DNA of 64,000 bases from the human T2T-CHM13v2.0 reference genome, Homo sapiens: the NCBI RefSeq assembly GCF_009914755.1, contig NC_060933.1. One strand, 5' to 3'. Positions 1-13,520 of the stretch are shown piece by piece (positions within the stretch are counted from its first letter, which is position 1; every line of letters begins with the position of its first letter). The translations under genes were made by a program, and so were the position numbers. The notes under the pieces are model-generated. The model was not told where the DNA came from and searched no databases. It worked only from the letters and a program-made list of their open reading frames with translations.

Positions 1-894
1 CTTTGCTTGGCATTCAAGGGCTATCAAGTTTGTGGGGAAAGGGCATGTCTTGGAATTATAAAGGAGATAGTCTTAGTTAACTCTAAGATAAATATCCAAG
101 TGAGCATGAAAGGATTTATTGAGTTACCTGGAAATGACCAGGCTTCTAGAAGTGTTCCTAGCAACGGATTCTCAGGAATGTGATACCTCCTGACAATAAA
201 CAAATAAAATTTAGAAGAGACTGCTTTATCATGTATAAATCCGCCCACCCCACCCCATCCCAAACAGACAAGTACATACATGCATACATGAGCACATGCA
301 CATGTGTGCACACGCACGCCTTTGACCTGCAAGCTGGGTAACACATCAGCTCTCTTCAGTTCAGAGAAAGAAAAAGTTTATAGCTGGAAAGATTGCTGGG
401 CAGCCTTGGCTCCTGGAAAAAGGAAGAGTGGAGAATGGGAGCCATGACCACAGGGAACCTGCATCTGAGCTCATATCCACCTCTCTCAAGCTTGGTAATC
501 TCAGGTATGCTTCCTAGTTCTTCTGAGTCTCAGGTTCCTTTAATAAGAAATGAAGATAAAGATGCTCACCTCAATTCAATTAATACATACTGATTTTTTC
601 CAAGTGTCAGACACTTTGCTGGAGATACAATGATGGATAAGAAAAACACAATTGCCCCCCTCAGAGACAGAGGCATTTCAGGGTTGTTGCTGTGCGTATT
701 CAGCGATATTGAGCACACATGTAGCATGGCACATGGTTGCTGAGAAAAAAATATCAGTGTGCATCTCTTCCACCTTAAGATGAGCAGTTGAACTTGAGCA
801 AACGATAGTCTAACTACGGGAAATTTAGCAGCACCAGGCCTAGGACTGAAGGGTATTATTTTACAAAACATCAGAAGACTTTAATAGCAAACAC

Positions 895-1140
895 ATTGAA
901 AAAGCCAACGGACTTTGGAATCATAGAGAGCTAGCCCAGCATCTTTGCCTTGTCCCTCACTAACTATATGTCAGTGTGTAATTTGCTTAATCTCTTTGAG
1001 GCTAGATTTGTAAACTGGAGATATTGTTAGAGATACCTACCTGAAATTGATGTTACAGGTAATAAAGGAAATATTACGCATTAAAAGCATTTGTTAAAAG
1101 GTAAAATGATATCCACATGTTAGTTATTATTGATTATTTT
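895..1140 (+). mobile_element. MIR SINE
   Basis: GACTTTGGAATCA...TTGCTTAATCTCTTTGAG...ATACCTACC...GTTAGTTATTATT. Confidence 0.65.
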
Positions 1141-3134
1141 CATTATTATTGAGTAATCACCAGCCATGACACCACTCCCTGTGTGGTGTCTCTGGGGCTG
1201 GTGTTCTAGACTGAGGGATTGCAGCATCAACATTAACACATTTCACAGGCTCCAGAATAGCACTGATCACGGGAAAGATTTATAAATAAGTCCCCCACCT
1301 AATCAGGAGCAGATCCAAGGATTCTGACTTTCTTTTGAATAATGGCAGCAGAGACTATGGCACAGAGAGAAGGCCTGGAAATGGGCTTTCTTAAGTTCCC
1401 ATGAGCAACATCAGCAGGGCTTCTGATCCATGGTAGATCCCACACTTGGTCTCTTTCTCAGTTGACTGGATCTCTCTCCGTTTCAGAGATTGAGGAGGAG
1501 AGCATATCAACAGCAGAACTGATCGCCATTCTCAGGAAAACTCACCAGCAATCATCCAGAATCCCCATGTAAGGCCAATTACTTTTGGGTCGTAGAGCCC
1601 AAGATGGGTTCCAGGATCTCACTTGAGGAAGCATCACAAAACCTGGGAAAACTTCATAATCTCCACAAACCAGCATTTTAATTCTAATAGTCTTGGAGTC
1701 CTGAGTCACTCTGGAGGGTTGGGGGTTGGCTTCAACATTTCTCCCAGGAGGCCATAGCATGTTTTTGCAAATAGACTCTCGAAGAGCATCTCAGATGTTC
1801 CAGACTTTTTCAAGGGGGTTGCAGGAATTCCCCTGTGCTGCAATAATGTAATAGAACTCACCAGGGCTTAGTCAGGCCAAACTACCATAGTTTCATGAAT
1901 TCATCGTACAGTTTCATGCCGCTCCACCTTTAAACATGTTTTCCCTCTGCTTAGAGGAATTATTCCTCCCCCTGCTTTCCTGCGCTTCCCTATTCATCCT
2001 TTAAAACCTCATCTCAAAGTTCCTCTGTGAAGACATTCCTAATTTTTACCCTCCCTCTATTCCATCAACAGACTTGGCTTCAAATCTCAGGACGTGGCCC
2101 ATTTAATGAGTTCTCAAGAAATGATTATTGTTTTCTCAAATTCTTGGAGTTGACCTGGTTTCTTCTCCAGCCTCTGACAGTCAGACCAAATGCAATGCAG
2201 GCGGCTAGAAATCAACTATGCAGTTGTGAAACCTGCAATTTGAAGCAAGATTCTTGATTGCTCAAATGAGAGTTATGTAAGCTTTGTTTGCATGGTGCAA
2301 TGGGCAGGAGGACCTCACTGTGAGCAGAGTTTTGGAGGCTATTTCTGGTGTGACAGCACCTCTGCTTCATTTCCACCAAAACCATCATATCTCCCAGCCC
2401 CAGTAGAATTCCTGGTTCAAAGCAAGCACTCAACACAGATCTGCTGTTTCAGGGAGATGATAAAACAAGCTCAGTGAGAAGAGGATCCCACGAGGCTTTC
2501 CCAGTCTTTCTCTACAATACTTAGTGACCCATTTGCAGAAACCCATCCTGGCTGCCTGAAAGGCCATTTCCCCATCTTAAGATAGTAATCAGGACAGAGG
2601 AGGGAGGCTCATTATTGATAATGAGGCTGACTAGCAGTAGGCGTCTGGTGACAGACGCCATCACAGCTCACAGTGGTTATTATTGTTTTATCATTATTAC
2701 TATCAATTTTTTTCTTTTGCTTTTTTATGGTATGAAAATTATCACTTAATATTCTTGGAAAGTCATTTTCACTCCATATTTTTTCTATTTCCTTTTTCTA
2801 TTTGGATGTCCTTAAAAATTTCTACCAGGAGAAAGGGCTCAACCAAGGAAAATTAAAACTAGCATCCCTATACATCAACTCAGCCTAAAGTAGAATAAGG
2901 CAAATCCTTAGTCCTGAGATGTGGAACTTTTGACAGGCCATGTTTTTAGATCCATTTCAACCCATCTCAACGCCTCCTTTCCGAGGAGACATTTCTTTGC
3001 CCCTCAACAGAGGTGGCCTTTCCTCCTTCACATCTCGTTTTTTTCTAAATAACATTATCATAGCTGTTTATGTGGCCTAGTACTCTTAGTAAATTAAGAA
3101 CTCCTTGATTTTGGAGACCATAGTAATTTTGTTT

Positions 3135-3545
3135 GGTGGAAAAAACAATGCTCTGGAGACAGATGTTTGGGTTTAAATTTTTCTGTCATTGGTTAAGTGT
3201 GTGACATTATATAAGTTACTCATCTTTTCTCAATTGATTTCATCATGTATGATACATGGATAATACAACCTACTTTGCAAGTTAGTTGTGATGATAGAGT
3301 AAGATACCGTGAATGAAGGGCTTGGCCATGCAGGTTAGTGCCGTGGGATCACACAGCCTCCCCACTAACTAGCTGCTCAGCCTGGTCAAGTTATTTAACC
3401 TTCTAAGCTTCAGTTTTCTCTACTGTAATATAGGAGAACCAACAGGTTCCTTCTCATAAGGTTTTGAGAGGATGGAAGGAGCTAATAGATATGAAGAGCT
3501 CAGCACAGAGCTTGACAGAGAGTGCTCAGTAAATGTCTGTTATCA
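3135..3545 (+). mobile_element. Two adjacent MIRs
   Basis: CTCTGGAGACAGA...; CAAGTTATTTAACCTTCTAAGCTTCAGTTTTCTC...GTGCTCAGTAAATG. Confidence 0.7.
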
Positions 3546-5204
3546 GTGCTTCATTCATTTTTTATTCCCTCTCTCCACCTCAGTCTTCTGAAGCATCCTA
3601 CCTGATGCCTGGCAGAGAGGCAGTAAATATTGTTGAACTAAAACCATGTTGTGTTGCGTGGCATGTCATATGACAGCTTGGATGGTCATTTTCCCTGCTT
3701 TCATGGTTGTTTCAAGGATTTCCTTGAAATAAAGTTCCATATTTAAAAGGAGAAATTCAGCTAAAATGTCAAGAATTAGCTACTTTGAGGAGAAGGGAAA
3801 TAAGCTTATGATTAAATACAGAAAGGGGATAGAGAGAGAAAGAGAGAGAACAGGAATTAGAGATTAGAGGCAGGGTGACTAAATGGGATAAGACAGGGTC
3901 AGGGGACATTCTGACAGAGGAAGAACTAGGTGAAACTTGCACAGACTCCTCCTACAACCATCTAGGATCCCTAGAGGATGCTGGATGTTGGAGACAGGGT
4001 CATTGTCCCTAGATTGGTGGTGGTAGTTGGGGGATAGAAGGGAGTAGATACATTCCACACTCTTCACCTCACCAGGAAGCCCTGGCATCCAGGAATCTGT
4101 GACCAAGATGGACCCAGCCCCATAAGAACTGCTCAGAAGAAACCTGGTGAGGTCCCTGCTGGCTCCATTAGCCAGTGGCCCCAGTGACCCAGAGCATGCT
4201 TCTCCAGAAACCACGTGTCCTTCTTAGTCAGAATTGTTGCCTCTCAGAGACTTCGGGGGCCCTGGACAGGCCCCTCCACCCTTGGTCTGGCAGCAGAGCC
4301 CAATCAAAGGCAGTTGCTGGGCTGTGGGCCGTGGCAGGCTTGGCCAGGTCCTGCTGTGTCCAGTGAGTCAAGCACAACCTGCAGCCGGCAGAATGACTTA
4401 GAGCCTGGGATCTCTGCTGCAATTAGAATGTGTAATTGGAAAATCTCAGACAATCTTATTTGGGAGAATTCTTTTCACCAAAACCCAAGAAATTCTTAGA
4501 AACCTTCCAGAAATCCATGCCTGCAGCAAAGTTTTCCTTTGTCTCAGAACCGGCTCTGGAGGGAACACTGTCTTTCTTTAATTCTTTTGTTACTAGACAA
4601 AACAGAAATCTGCTCCTACCCTGGAAGGGGCTTTGAGGTCAAGGACATATGAGTTCACAAAGGAGGTTTTACTTATCAGAACATTCTACCAACAAGTTAG
4701 GTAACTGCTTTGAATCCCTCACTATACCAAATACCATTTCCTTAAGGAAGTCACAGGAGACACCATCGGTTCATTCACACATGATAGCTCCAGATTTTTG
4801 AACATTGTGGTTTTGGATAAAATGCAGTTTAGCTTTTCAAGGCTTGCTAGTACTGTAGGCCACGTTTCACTTTATTTTTCTACTTAAAAATCTTCTAAGA
4901 AAATACAGGGGCTTTGCAGTCCCTGCTTCTGAAGGATGTTCATGAAATACTGTATTTGTGGTTTGCTTATGGTGAGCAAACTTCCCTTTCACCCACAATC
5001 TCATCCTGGAGTTGGGCTTGGCTCTGCAAACTTCTACTGAACAGTAGGTCCTCCTTCTATGGCCTTGCCTCCAATGGGTCTTGACTATTCTCTCCTCTGC
5101 CACAAAAGTCCACTACGTCCCTTCTTATTTTGCTCACATTCACTTACAAGTCCCACAATGGAAACAAGCAGTTCCCAATGCTTTTTCTTACTTTTATTTT
5201 TATT

Positions 5205-5500
5205 TCTAATAACTTATTTCTTTTCCTGATTGAGATATAATATATATGCAATAAAGTACACAAATTTCAGGTGAATGGCTTAGTGATTTTTGCATACACA
5301 CACACACACACTTGTGCAAGAATCGCTCTAATTAAGACATGGAACATTCTAGCACCAAGCTTCCTGCATGCCTCCAGCCCAGCAGCACCTTCCATCAAAG
5401 GTAATTGTTATTCTCAGTTTGGCTTTACTTGCTTTTGAGCTTCATGTGAATGGAATCATACAGCATATACAGTTTTGTGTCTGGTTTTTCAAGTTTTTCT
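5205..5500 (-). mobile_element. Old L1 (L1MB/MC) 3' end fragment
   Basis: ATTGAGATATAATATATATGCAATAAAGTACACAAATTT...ATGTGAATGGAATCATACAGCATAT. Confidence 0.65.
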
Positions 5501-6104
5501 GCTCAGAATTCACCTTCTTCTTTGACATATGATGGTCACTGAACACATATGCAGTAAAATGAATGTGTAAAGGCTCCATTTATGTAGCTGATTTTTGAAA
5601 GAACATCTATTTAAAAGAAAAGACTTTCAGGGCCAGAAACAGATGTTCTCTAATAAGAAAAGCAAAGCCATCAGCGAAACCATTTGCTAATAGGTAACTT
5701 TTTAAAAAAGAAAACTATCAAAGGCATTCCTCAGTCCTATACCTACCTCCCTGCCACCCCCAGTGAGGGAATTACATTATTTCTGCTGAGAGGTTCATAT
5801 TGATCTCTCTTTTTTTTGGATTATTATTTTCAAAGAAGTGTCTGACACCACAGAAGTGCACAGCTGTGATGTGAGATGCTGGCTTTGAGTTCGTTCGTGT
5901 TGCTGTTGCCATGAGGGTGGCAGAGGGGATTCAGGTAAACCTGTTCAAGACAATGCCTACTTGTGTGTGCTTGGAGAGTTATTCAGCATTTCAGCCTCAG
6001 TTTGCTAATCCATTAAAAAAAGTTGAGTAGATTAAAGGAAATAATAGCTGTAAATGTATACTAAACTATAAAGCACAAAATAAAGATTAGTTCTATAAAC
6101 TAGT

Positions 6105-6457
6105 TGTCATGATTAATTTTATGTATCAACTTGGCTAGGCCATAGTGCCCAGATATTTGGTCAAACATTATTCTGGATGTTTTTGTGAAGGTATTTTTAA
6201 AATAAGATGAACATTTAAATAGACAGACTTGGAATAAAGCAGATTGCCCACCATGATGTAGGTGGTCTCATCCAATCAGTTGAAGGTCTTCGTAGACCAA
6301 AGACTGACTCCAGTGAGCAAGAAGGAATTCTGCCAGCAGAATTCCTTCAGACTTGAACTGGAAATCTTCCCTGGGTCTCCAGGCTGCCAGCCTACCCTGC
6401 AAATTTTGAATTTATCAACCCAATTCCTTAAAGTAAATCTCTCTCTCTCTCTCTCTC

Positions 6458-6523
<66 letters not shown>

Positions 6524-6589
6524 CGTACACACACACACATATATATATGTACATATCCTTGGCTCTGTTTCTCTGGAGAATCTAATACA
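6105..6589 (+). mobile_element. Solo LTR, MLT2 family (ERVL)
   Basis: TGTCATGATTAATTTTATGTATCAACTTGGCTAGG ... TTTCTCTGGAGAATCTAATACA. Perfect 5-bp TSD CTAGT (6100-6104, 6590-6594). Internal (CT)n(AC)n tract typical of MLT2. Confidence 0.88.
6438..6552. repeat. Compound microsatellite (CT)~10(AC)~28(AT)n(AC)n(AT)n
   Basis: Read directly; lies inside the MLT2 LTR. Confidence 0.97.
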
Positions 6590-9500
6590 CTAGTTTTTCA
6601 TTTAGTTTATTGATTCCGATGTCGTCTTATTTATTTTGTCTCCTTTTTTATTCAGATGCTATGGAGCTTATTGCTTCTTTTCTAAATTACTAATATATTG
6701 GGACCATATTTTCTTTTTTTCTATGGTTATTAAATTTATTTCAAGTAATAATTTTTCTTCCCATTGTTGTCTTGGCTATCTTCCATGGAGGGGTGGGTAG
6801 CTTTTTGCAGACACACATGTGTTGCACTCTGCGTTAAGTTGTTAGTGACATTACTGATGTTACTTCTTACCACCCTGTGGATTTTCATGGATGCCATGCT
6901 TGTTGATCATGTATCTAGACCTACTGGCTTGCCATTGGGCACATCACACCCCAGCACCATGTTTAAATTTCCCTAGAAGTTTCAGTAGAAACCCAGGACA
7001 CCAGTTGTACTGAAACTGAGTGAACCCAGCTTTGTCTGATACCTAGAATCCTTCTTCCTTTCCACTGTACTGAACTGATAGTGTGAAAATGGGGAAATTT
7101 CCTGATATCTCTTTGGTTCTCTCCTAAGACTAAATTTCACTCCAGACTTCCTTCCTGTATTCCCTTTCTGTTTTACCTTTCTTGATCATCTCAATCTGAG
7201 GGCCCTCCCCAGCAAAGGGTGAACCCAGTCTCGTCTTACTATTCTGTAGTGCCTGTGGAAAGGTAACTGATGGGATTTGAGGGAGAAGTTTTATCTTCTT
7301 CCCTTATGGTGAAAGCCTCACCCCATACGATGGCCAGTTGTGTGTCTGTAATGACCACAAAGTAGGTCAGAGTGCTGTCAAACAAAAGGAAGTGAGGCCA
7401 TTGTGGTCTGTGTTTTTGGTCATAGAAAATCTTGTAGATGTTCTTGGATAGCTTCACTGACACATAATTAAGTAAGGATTTTTAAAATTCCCATGTGATT
7501 GGATTTCTTTGCTATTGCTTTATTATTTTCATTTCATTTTGTTAAATCATGGCTTGAGAATATGATCAGAATTCCAGTTTATATTATTGAGTTCATCTCA
7601 GGCTGCTATAATCTCACTTCTTCTTTCTCCTTTTCCTCCCTCCTCATGCTTTTCTGCTTTTGAAGCAGCTATGGTGGGATCAGGGACCATTTCACAGACT
7701 TTAAATGTAGTATTTCCTGACATCTATCAAATCTATACAAACATTTTCCTTTTTTTTCTTTTCTCTCTTTCTCTCTCTCTCTCTTCTTGGTAACTGGAGG
7801 GAGTTCTCAGGTCTTTGATTCCTACATTGGCCTGATATTTACAGATTTCAGAGACACGCTGATCTAAGCCATTTGGTCAAGTATTAATGGCATGATTGGC
7901 ATCATTTGTGGTGTGCCTTTGGGTGGTGACTTATCCTCTCCATACTTGACTTTTATCATTGTAAACAAGGGGCAATGAATATGCATGTTTTGATGGGGTT
8001 GTGGTGAGAATTTTAAGTAATTTTTTAATGGTTCATTACATTATTAGCTTTGAAACTGGCAGATACGTAACATATATGCTTTAGTGAATATCAAATATTT
8101 TCTTTAAAAGAAGAGAATAATGTTTATGCGGTACTTGCTGTGGTCTGAATATAGTAGGTATTCTGTAAGTGATAGCTACTATTGTGGTTATTACAAGTTT
8201 GAATCATGAGCCTATGTATGAGAAGAAATGTCTGAAACAAGCATTTAAAGGACTCCGTTCATTTACATTACATCATAGGATACCCAAAGATGCATAAATA
8301 GCAACTTCCCAGCCCAGTGAGCTTAGAGTTTAGCTGTGGCAGCACAGAAACACAGCTAGCAAACCAAGGCATCTCCAGTCTGTATCCTAGACTATTGCTT
8401 CCAAAACCCTTATGCCATAGTACACGAAGAAAATAAGAGCATTTGTCCAGTATAATAGAGCAGGTGGGAGGGGACCTGGGAGGTGTCTGTCTATATGGGC
8501 TTGATTTTTTTTAATCACGATTTTTTTATCTTATGTAATTACAACAAAACAGAGTGTCTTAAAATTTTTATTAAATGTTAACTTTATATAAAACTTCCAA
8601 ATAAATGGTTTTAAATTTTTCCATGACAAATTAAGCTTGCTTTTATTAATATAAATTTTTAAAATATTATTCTTTCTGCTTGAAATGACTGCAAACAATC
8701 TCTGACCATGATATTTTAATGATGGTATCTTCAAATTCTTAATCCTATTCCAGAAACCTTTCACACGCAGATGATTACAATTTTTAAACATTTTTATAAA
8801 AATTCAAAATTTTCTACAGTTGAAATTATATTTTAAAAATCTGAGAGCACTTCCTTTTTATCAGTAAATATTGGATTGTTTGTAAAAATAAGAATGGATT
8901 TCAAATCCAACTGAACTTTTTAAGGTAAAGGTTTCAGAATAATGATGATGCTCTAATTTGTATGATATACATTCTTAGAGAAGACACTGTTTAGCCAGCT
9001 AGTAAACCACTAAAAATCTCATCAGCCACAAGTGAAGAGAGATATCCAGTATATGTGAAAGGAGAACTTGGGGCTGCTACTTGGAGCTCCATCCAACACG
9101 ATCCACAGTTGGGCCTCCTCAGTTCTTCTCTGCCTGATCGACCACACCTGAGGCTATTCCCCAGCTCCTTGAGCATCTAGAAAGGCAACTCCTCCAGCAG
9201 CTAGCTCCATGTATCCTTACCCATGGGACAGTCATCTCACACATCCAAGGCTGGGGAATGAACATAACCCACAGCCCCATGTGTTTGCACATGGCAGATG
9301 GGTCATTACAAGTTACGGTGGTAAGGATTGTTGTAGTGCCTTTGATTATGTATGTCTTTACCTGCACAATGGATTACAATTTCATGAAGTTGGGACATAC
9401 CTAAATAAGTGTGCCATACATAAGCGTACCTGCCGTTTATATACGTGAAGTAGTAGGAGATATGTTTTCAAACTATTGATATGGAGGCCAGAACTTGAAG

Positions 9501-10317
9501 ATTGGTGGTGAGGGAGGTGACTTAAGAGTATCAATTTGAAACTGCTTATTCTACAAATGATCTCTCATTTGGGATGTGATCCAGAGTCAAAAGGGGGGGC
9601 TTACTTCTGGTCAAATAGAGAATTTAGGTGTATCTATGTAAACCCCCACCTTCTTCCAATGCGAATAAGTCAGATCCCATGACCTCCAATGGTAGTTGGA
9701 GCCCCCCCACCCCCCCGCCCCCCGCCGCGAGAACCAGTGCAGCCTGACAGCACATTCTTCTGGGGACCCAGGCTCCTCGCCCTTTTGTCCTGTGTCATGT
9801 TCTCATCAATCATCATTTTTGGTCCTTCATTTCTATTTCTTTAGAATTTAGAATGAATTCTCCAATTTAAATTCTTTAGAATTTAGGACTAACAATGTTG
9901 GCATTTTAGAGAAGGAACTAGACTTTCCTTTGGAGTAAAACAAGTATACTATTTGGTAAAACAAAAATCAAGGGCTGACCTATTTGGGGGGAGACAGGCC
10001 CTACTCTGAAGTCTCAGGTTTAGATTAAGGTTATATTTTCTCTGGAGGAGTGGGCAAAGCCCCCTCATATACTTTCTTCACTTGAAGGATGTATTTTTTT
10101 GTTACCGTCCAAGACTCTTGAATGGATTCAATATAGATTTCCTTGGAGAGAGAATATAGCTTAGTAGTTAGGAAGTGGAGTGTAGGTTCAAATAGTCTGG
10201 CTTTAAATCCCCGCTTCACCATATCTTAAATGACCCTGGGAAAGTAACTTAATCTCTAGGTCTCAGTCTTATCATCTATAAAATGGAAACAACTCGCGTT
10301 TGTCCTTTACTCTGTAT

Positions 10318-10533
10318 CATAGTATTTCAACTTTGGCACCATTGACATTTGGGGACAGATAATTCCTTGCTGCACAGGGACTGACCTGTGCATTGTAGAA
10401 CGTATGGCATCTCAGCCTCCACACACTAGAAGCAGTAGTCCTGCATCCCCCAGTTGTGAGAATTTAAACTGTTTTTAGACACGTTGCTAAATGTTTCCTG
10501 GGAGGCAAAATTGCCCCTGGTTGAGAACTGCTA
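10318..10533. mobile_element. MER20 (hAT-Charlie MITE), inserted in a MIR
   Basis: TCAACTTTGGCACCATTGACATTTGGGG...GGCAAAATTGCCCCTGGTTGAGAACTGCTA. 8-bp TSD-like CTCTGTAT / CTCTAAAT. MIR sequence on both flanks. Confidence 0.85.
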
Positions 10534-12254
10534 CTCTAAATAGTAAATGAGAAACTTATAAAGCACATGCATAACACATAGCATTGTGGTTATGACCTGT
10601 GTTCAAATCCATCTCCTTCATTTGCAAGTTAGATTACCTCAGAAAAGCCACTTAATCTCTCTAAGCATCATTTCTTCATTACAAAATGGGTTTCATCAGC
10701 CCTACTGGGTCTATCTCATTGAACAATTGAAAAAAATCAAAGGAAGTCTCTATTATAAAAATGCCATGTAAGCCATTGAGAACTATCTGTTATGACACAT
10801 TGTTACTGCCTGGTGAATAGTTTGGTAGTGAGGCTGCATGGCTAGACCTCCCCTCTCATGTTCAAAGTGATTTGCAACATCGAAGTGCTCAATACATTTT
10901 AGCTTCTGTTGTTATTGTCTCCATTCTACAGTGAAGAACCTGAGACTTGGGGAGATAAAGGAACTTGCCCAATATTGCACAGCATGGTGCACGGAGACGG
11001 AATTTAATTCAGACCATGTAATTCCAAAGTTGGTGCTATGTTCAATACATTCTTGTTTCCCAGTGAACACGAGTGCCATTATTAGAAATGAAAGCAGCAC
11101 CTTCTGTTAGCAAAGGCAGTCGCCATTTATAAAAAGATGTCTGTCTTTTGGTGAGGGTTGGAAAAAGGACTACGGGACAACTGAGAATAAGATAATTTAG
11201 ATATTTTTCTCCTGATTTTAATTCAGAAAAGAGGTATCCTTAGGGACTTGCAGATAGTTGAAAATGAAAGGGCAGAGCCAACCCCACCTCCATGCTATGA
11301 ATCATTCATTCACTTAACGGGTTGAGTTGTACCTTCCACATCTGAGCTATTTTAGTTTTAACTTTGCAAGCCTTGGTTATTCTAGCTTCCTAGGGAAAAT
11401 CCCTCTGGTGCTTGCAGCCTCACTGGAGCCCTGGCTGTCATTGTGAACACCAGCAGTCAGAAGGTAAATACCGAGGATACTGCTCCTCTTAGCTGACTAC
11501 CCTAAAGGCAAGTTCCTGATCCCTAAAATTCTATGGTCTGAGCTCAATAGCAACCATCTCACCCACTGCTTCCAAATGTACTCAGTTCAGTTGCTGTCTA
11601 GAGAGAATTTCTCCCTCTGGGTCTTGCCTGGCTTTGGAAATTGCATTGAGCCAAGGGTGGCTTGTTGAACTCCTAATCTGGAGCGACATGATAATTGGAA
11701 GAGCAGCCTGCCCACGGTGTTGCATTACATCCAACCATGCACCTCTTCTCTCCTAAGTGCCCTCGGGACATGGAATTCCAGGATTCCAGGTAGCTGAGGG
11801 GGAATGCAGCACATGAAGCTCAGCAGCAGCCAGAAGATAAGCAGTTTCAAACTGATACTCTTTAAGTCCCCTCCTTAACTACCAATCTCAGTTCCAGCAG
11901 AGATGCAGCCACACGGAAAAAGAGAAATGTTTAGTTAGCTTGGGTACAGTGCCCTCCAGGAGGATGGATGCTTGACAAAGTCCCAAGTCCAAAGCATCAG
12001 CCTTGGAGTTGAGCTGTACTAGCTGTCTGACCTTCTACTAATCCTTAGGAAAAATTAGGTTTTTCATTTTCTTTTTTTCCAGATGATGAAACGTCTTCAA
12101 AAAGAAGAGTAATTTAACCTCCAACTCTCTGTACAATCAGGTAATACTATTGTACTCAGTTGAGGTGAGAGGCATGGTGCATTACCCAGCACATGGCGGG
12201 GCACAGTAAGTGTTTGTTTGGCTTTTTTTCTTTTCTCTCTCTCTCTCTCTGTGT

Positions 12255-12260
12255 GTTTTT

Positions 12261-12292
<32 letters not shown>

Positions 12293-12535
12293 TTCTTTTT
12301 GACAGGGTCTTGCTGTCTCACTCAGGCTGGAATGTAGTGGTATGAGCAAGCTTACTGCAGCTTCAGTAGATCGAAGGTGCTGCCCACCACCACACCCAGC
12401 TAATTGTTTTGATTTTTAGTAGAGATGAGGTCTCACTACATTGCCCAGGCTGGTATTGAACATCTGAGCTCAAGTAATCCTCCCACCTCAGCCTCCCAAA
12501 GTATCTGAATTACAGGTGAGCCACTGTGCCTGGTC
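12255..12535 (-). mobile_element. AluJ-like, right arm internally deleted
   Basis: (TTTTG)n tail, GACAGGGTCTTGCT..., CTCAAGTAATCCTCCCACCTCAGCCTCCCAAAG (J-type). About 50 bp missing near 12365. Confidence 0.85.
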
Positions 12536-13149
12536 AGCAGGTGGTGTTTTGAGTCCTTCCTATAATAACTCTTTGTTGAGCACCAACTACATGCTATTGT
12601 CCTGGGCCCGGCCCCAAGATGGTCATTACTGTGCACATTGTAATGCAGCAAGTATGGAATTTGCAACCAACACCCAGATCTTCCGATAAGTTCCTCCTCT
12701 TACCAGCATGCAATCCTAGGCAAGTCATTTTCCTTCTCTGCATCTCCATCTCCTTACCTGAAACAAGCAGAGAAGATTTACAACACTCATTGAGATTATA
12801 CACCTCATGCAGTCCTGGCACAAGATAGGAATTAATGTATTCATTATTTCCTTCTTCCTTTCCACATGTCTGCATCAGTTATGTGTGCTAAGTACTCCAC
12901 ACAGCTCAGAGATGGGAACTTTTGAAACTCTTCTGATCTAGTGCAAATGTTCTGGGGATGGCGAGGATCTGGAGAAGTCCGGACACAGAGTAAATCAGGT
13001 TGGAGAGAGATTTTTTTAAAGACATTGCAATTGCTTAGGTGAGGAAGACAGAAGACTTCAGAGGAATCGAAGATGACTCCTAGGTTTCTGGCTCGAACAA
13101 CTAGGAAGAGGTTGGTGTCAAATGCTAGGGAAGAATTCTCTTTACCTCC

Positions 13150-13520
13150 TGTCTTAGTCAGTTTGGGCTGCTGTAAAAAATGCTGTCAAAATTTATTTTC
13201 TCACAGTTCTGGAGCTTGAAAGTCCATCAAGGTGTCAACATTATTGGTTTCTGGGTGAGGGCTCTCCTGGCTTGCAGACAGCCACCTGCTCCCTGTGTGC
13301 TCACATAGCCTTTCCTTGGCGCTTACACCTGGGAGAGAGTGAGGAAACTCTCTGGTGTCTCTTATTAAAAGAGCTTTAATTCCATTGGACCAGGACCCCA
13401 CCGTCATGACCTCGTCTCATCCTAATCACCTTCAAAGGCTGTGTCTCCAAATACCATCAACTGGGGATTAGAGCTTCCACAAATGAATTTTGAGAGAACA
13501 CAAACATTTGATTCATAACA
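13150..13520 (-). mobile_element. Solo LTR, MLT1A-like (ERVL-MaLR)
   Basis: TGTCTTAGTCAGTTTGGGCTGCT...CTCACAGTTCTGGAG...ACAAACATTTGATTCATAACA. Perfect TSD CCTCC on both sides. Confidence 0.87.

Noticed and set aside
6262-6585. ORFs with HT/CV repeats
   Set aside because: Translations of the (AC)n microsatellite in an LTR.
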